Of a stretch of DNA of 7,410 nt, positions 6,595 through 7,410 are shown piece by piece. Within the stretch, counting starts at the first letter, position 1. Every line of letters begins with the position of its first letter. The notes under the pieces are model-generated. The model worked only from the letters and a program-made list of their open reading frames with translations, was not told where the DNA came from and did not search any database. The DNA comes from a virus (Duplodnaviria > Heunggongvirae > Uroviricota > Caudoviricetes). The stretch spans positions 1 to 7,410 of IMG/VR virus record IMGVR_UViG_2600254985_000002; one strand, 5' to 3'. The translations under genes and the position numbers were made by a program.

Positions 6595-6902
6595 TGAATT
6601 ATGGTACAAATAAGCACTATGCCAATGAATACGGTATGGAACTTAACGAATACTTTAAACATCATTTTAACTATGAAGAGCTTGCAGGCTGGTATACAAT
6701 GCAGGTATTAAAGTATCTAGTGAGAGCTGGCAAGAAAGAGGGTGAAAGCTACGACAAAGACCGTAACAAGGCTTTAGACTATGCAGGAGAACTTGCTAAC
6801 TTAAGTAACGAGAATAAGCTTACAGAATACACTGCTGACGACATTATGAGCTTTGCACAAGATATAGCTGATGATTTCAAACAATGGAAAGGCGAAGAAT
6901 AA
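6594..6902 (+). CDS. hypothetical phage protein, possibly DUF3310-like
   Basis: 102 aa, translationally coupled to the small peptide gene. Pattern NKHY … VLKYLVRAGKK … DKDRNKALDYAGEL resembles what I recall of DUF3310 phage proteins; family name is from memory. Confidence 0.55.
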   Translation: MNYGTNKHYANEYGMELNEYFKHHFNYEELAGWYTMQVLKYLVRAGKKEGESYDKDRNKALDYAGELANLSNENKLTEYTADDIMSFAQDIADDFKQWKGEE

Positions 6903-6921
6903 TTGAAAATAAAGTTTATGC

Positions 6922-6950
6922 TTGACAGTGTGAACTTTTTTTGATATTAT
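6922..6950 (+). promoter_or_regulatory. sigma-A type promoter: TTGACA (6922..6927), 17 bp, TGaTATTAT (6942..6950)
   Basis: Consensus -35, TG-extended -10, then TATAGAAATTAAGGAG. The ATG at 6978 opens only a 7-codon ORF (MENTMLN*). Confidence 0.5.
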
Positions 6951-7044
6951 AGTCTTATAGAAATTAAGGAGATACAAATGGAAAACACAATGTTAAATTG
7001 ATGAAAGATACTTGGAATTTATTGAAGAGGTCTAAAGTTAATTC

Positions 7045-7073
7045 TTGACAAATATAAAGTAATTTGATAATAT
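7045..7073 (+). promoter_or_regulatory. sigma-A type promoter: TTGACA (7045..7050), 17 bp, TGaTAATAT (7065..7073)
   Basis: Near-identical to 320..348 over the 29 bp from -35 to -10. Followed by TATAGAAAGGGG RBS and ATG 7099. Confidence 0.6.
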
Positions 7074-7098
7074 TGTTTTATAGAAAGGGGATTAAACA

Positions 7099-7353
7099 AT
7101 GGCAACACAAAAAGCTATAAAGGTCGTAGCTTATAACCCTACAACGGAAGAAGAACTACACTTCAGCAGTAAGGCTCAATGTGCTAAGTATTTTGGTCTT
7201 AAAACTAATACAGTCATCAGGTGGCTTGATAATGGTAGACCTGTAATTGAACTGCTGATAGACCTAGATAGAAATCAAGTAGAAATTGAAAAACAAAGCA
7301 AACTAAATGGCTTTGAATTATTTACGATTAAGGAGTGGTTAGATTATGTGTAA
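7099..7353 (+). CDS. hypothetical small protein, possible NUMOD1-like helix-turn-helix DNA-binding module
   Basis: 84 aa. Segment KVVAYNPTTEEELHFSSKAQCAKYFGLKTNTVIRWLDNGRP resembles the short DNA-binding modules found at the C-termini of homing endonucleases. No nuclease motif (GIY-YIG or HNH) seen. Motif call from memory. Confidence 0.55.
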   Translation: MATQKAIKVVAYNPTTEEELHFSSKAQCAKYFGLKTNTVIRWLDNGRPVIELLIDLDRNQVEIEKQSKLNGFELFTIKEWLDYV

Positions 7354-7410
7354 GAAACGCAAATACACAAAAATGGGTGCTTTATATTCAATAGCAAATG
7401 CACGGGATCG
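7346..7410 (+). CDS. 5' end of a hypothetical protein (3'-truncated by window edge)
   Basis: ATG 7346 with AGGAG RBS (7331..7335) about 10 nt upstream, overlapping the upstream stop (ATGTGTAA). Frame open to the window end (MCKKRKYTKMGALYSIANARD…). Confidence 0.35.
   Translation, partial: MCKKRKYTKMGALYSIANARD

Noticed and set aside
6978-7001. Possible sequence similarity between the 7-codon ORF and the 5' end of the gene at 2895
   Set aside because: Both begin ATGGAAA…ATTAAATT…GATGAAA, but the by-eye alignment needs several gaps and both are AT-rich; the similarity cannot be distinguished from chance without a proper alignment.

Overview
AT-rich (roughly one-third GC by eye) window that reads as an early / replication-recombination module of a tailed phage or prophage from a low-GC Gram-positive host (Lactococcus/Streptococcus-like promoter and RBS style). 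All credible genes are on the + strand, tightly packed, and often translationally coupled through ATGA or TAATG overlaps. Family-level calls made from motifs visible in the translations: a RecA-like P-loop ATPase (661..1554), a putative single-strand annealing protein (3188..3754) directly upstream of an SSB-like protein with an acidic ...DESELPF tail (3759..4118), and an orphan D12/Dam-class N6-adenine DNA methyltransferase (5530..6417, FGGGGA and DPPY motifs). The remainder are small proteins of unknown function, several with their own near-consensus sigma-A promoters (TTGACA-17-TGnTATAAT). No tRNA, rRNA, CRISPR array, integrase or transposase was seen, and no convincing intrinsic terminator. 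Most notable: a 9-bp in-frame tandem repeat inside the methyltransferase, a promoter/5'UTR cassette recurring seven times, and an unlisted 39-codon hydrophobic ORF coupled to a downstream gene. All family names are from motif recognition by eye, not from database searches.
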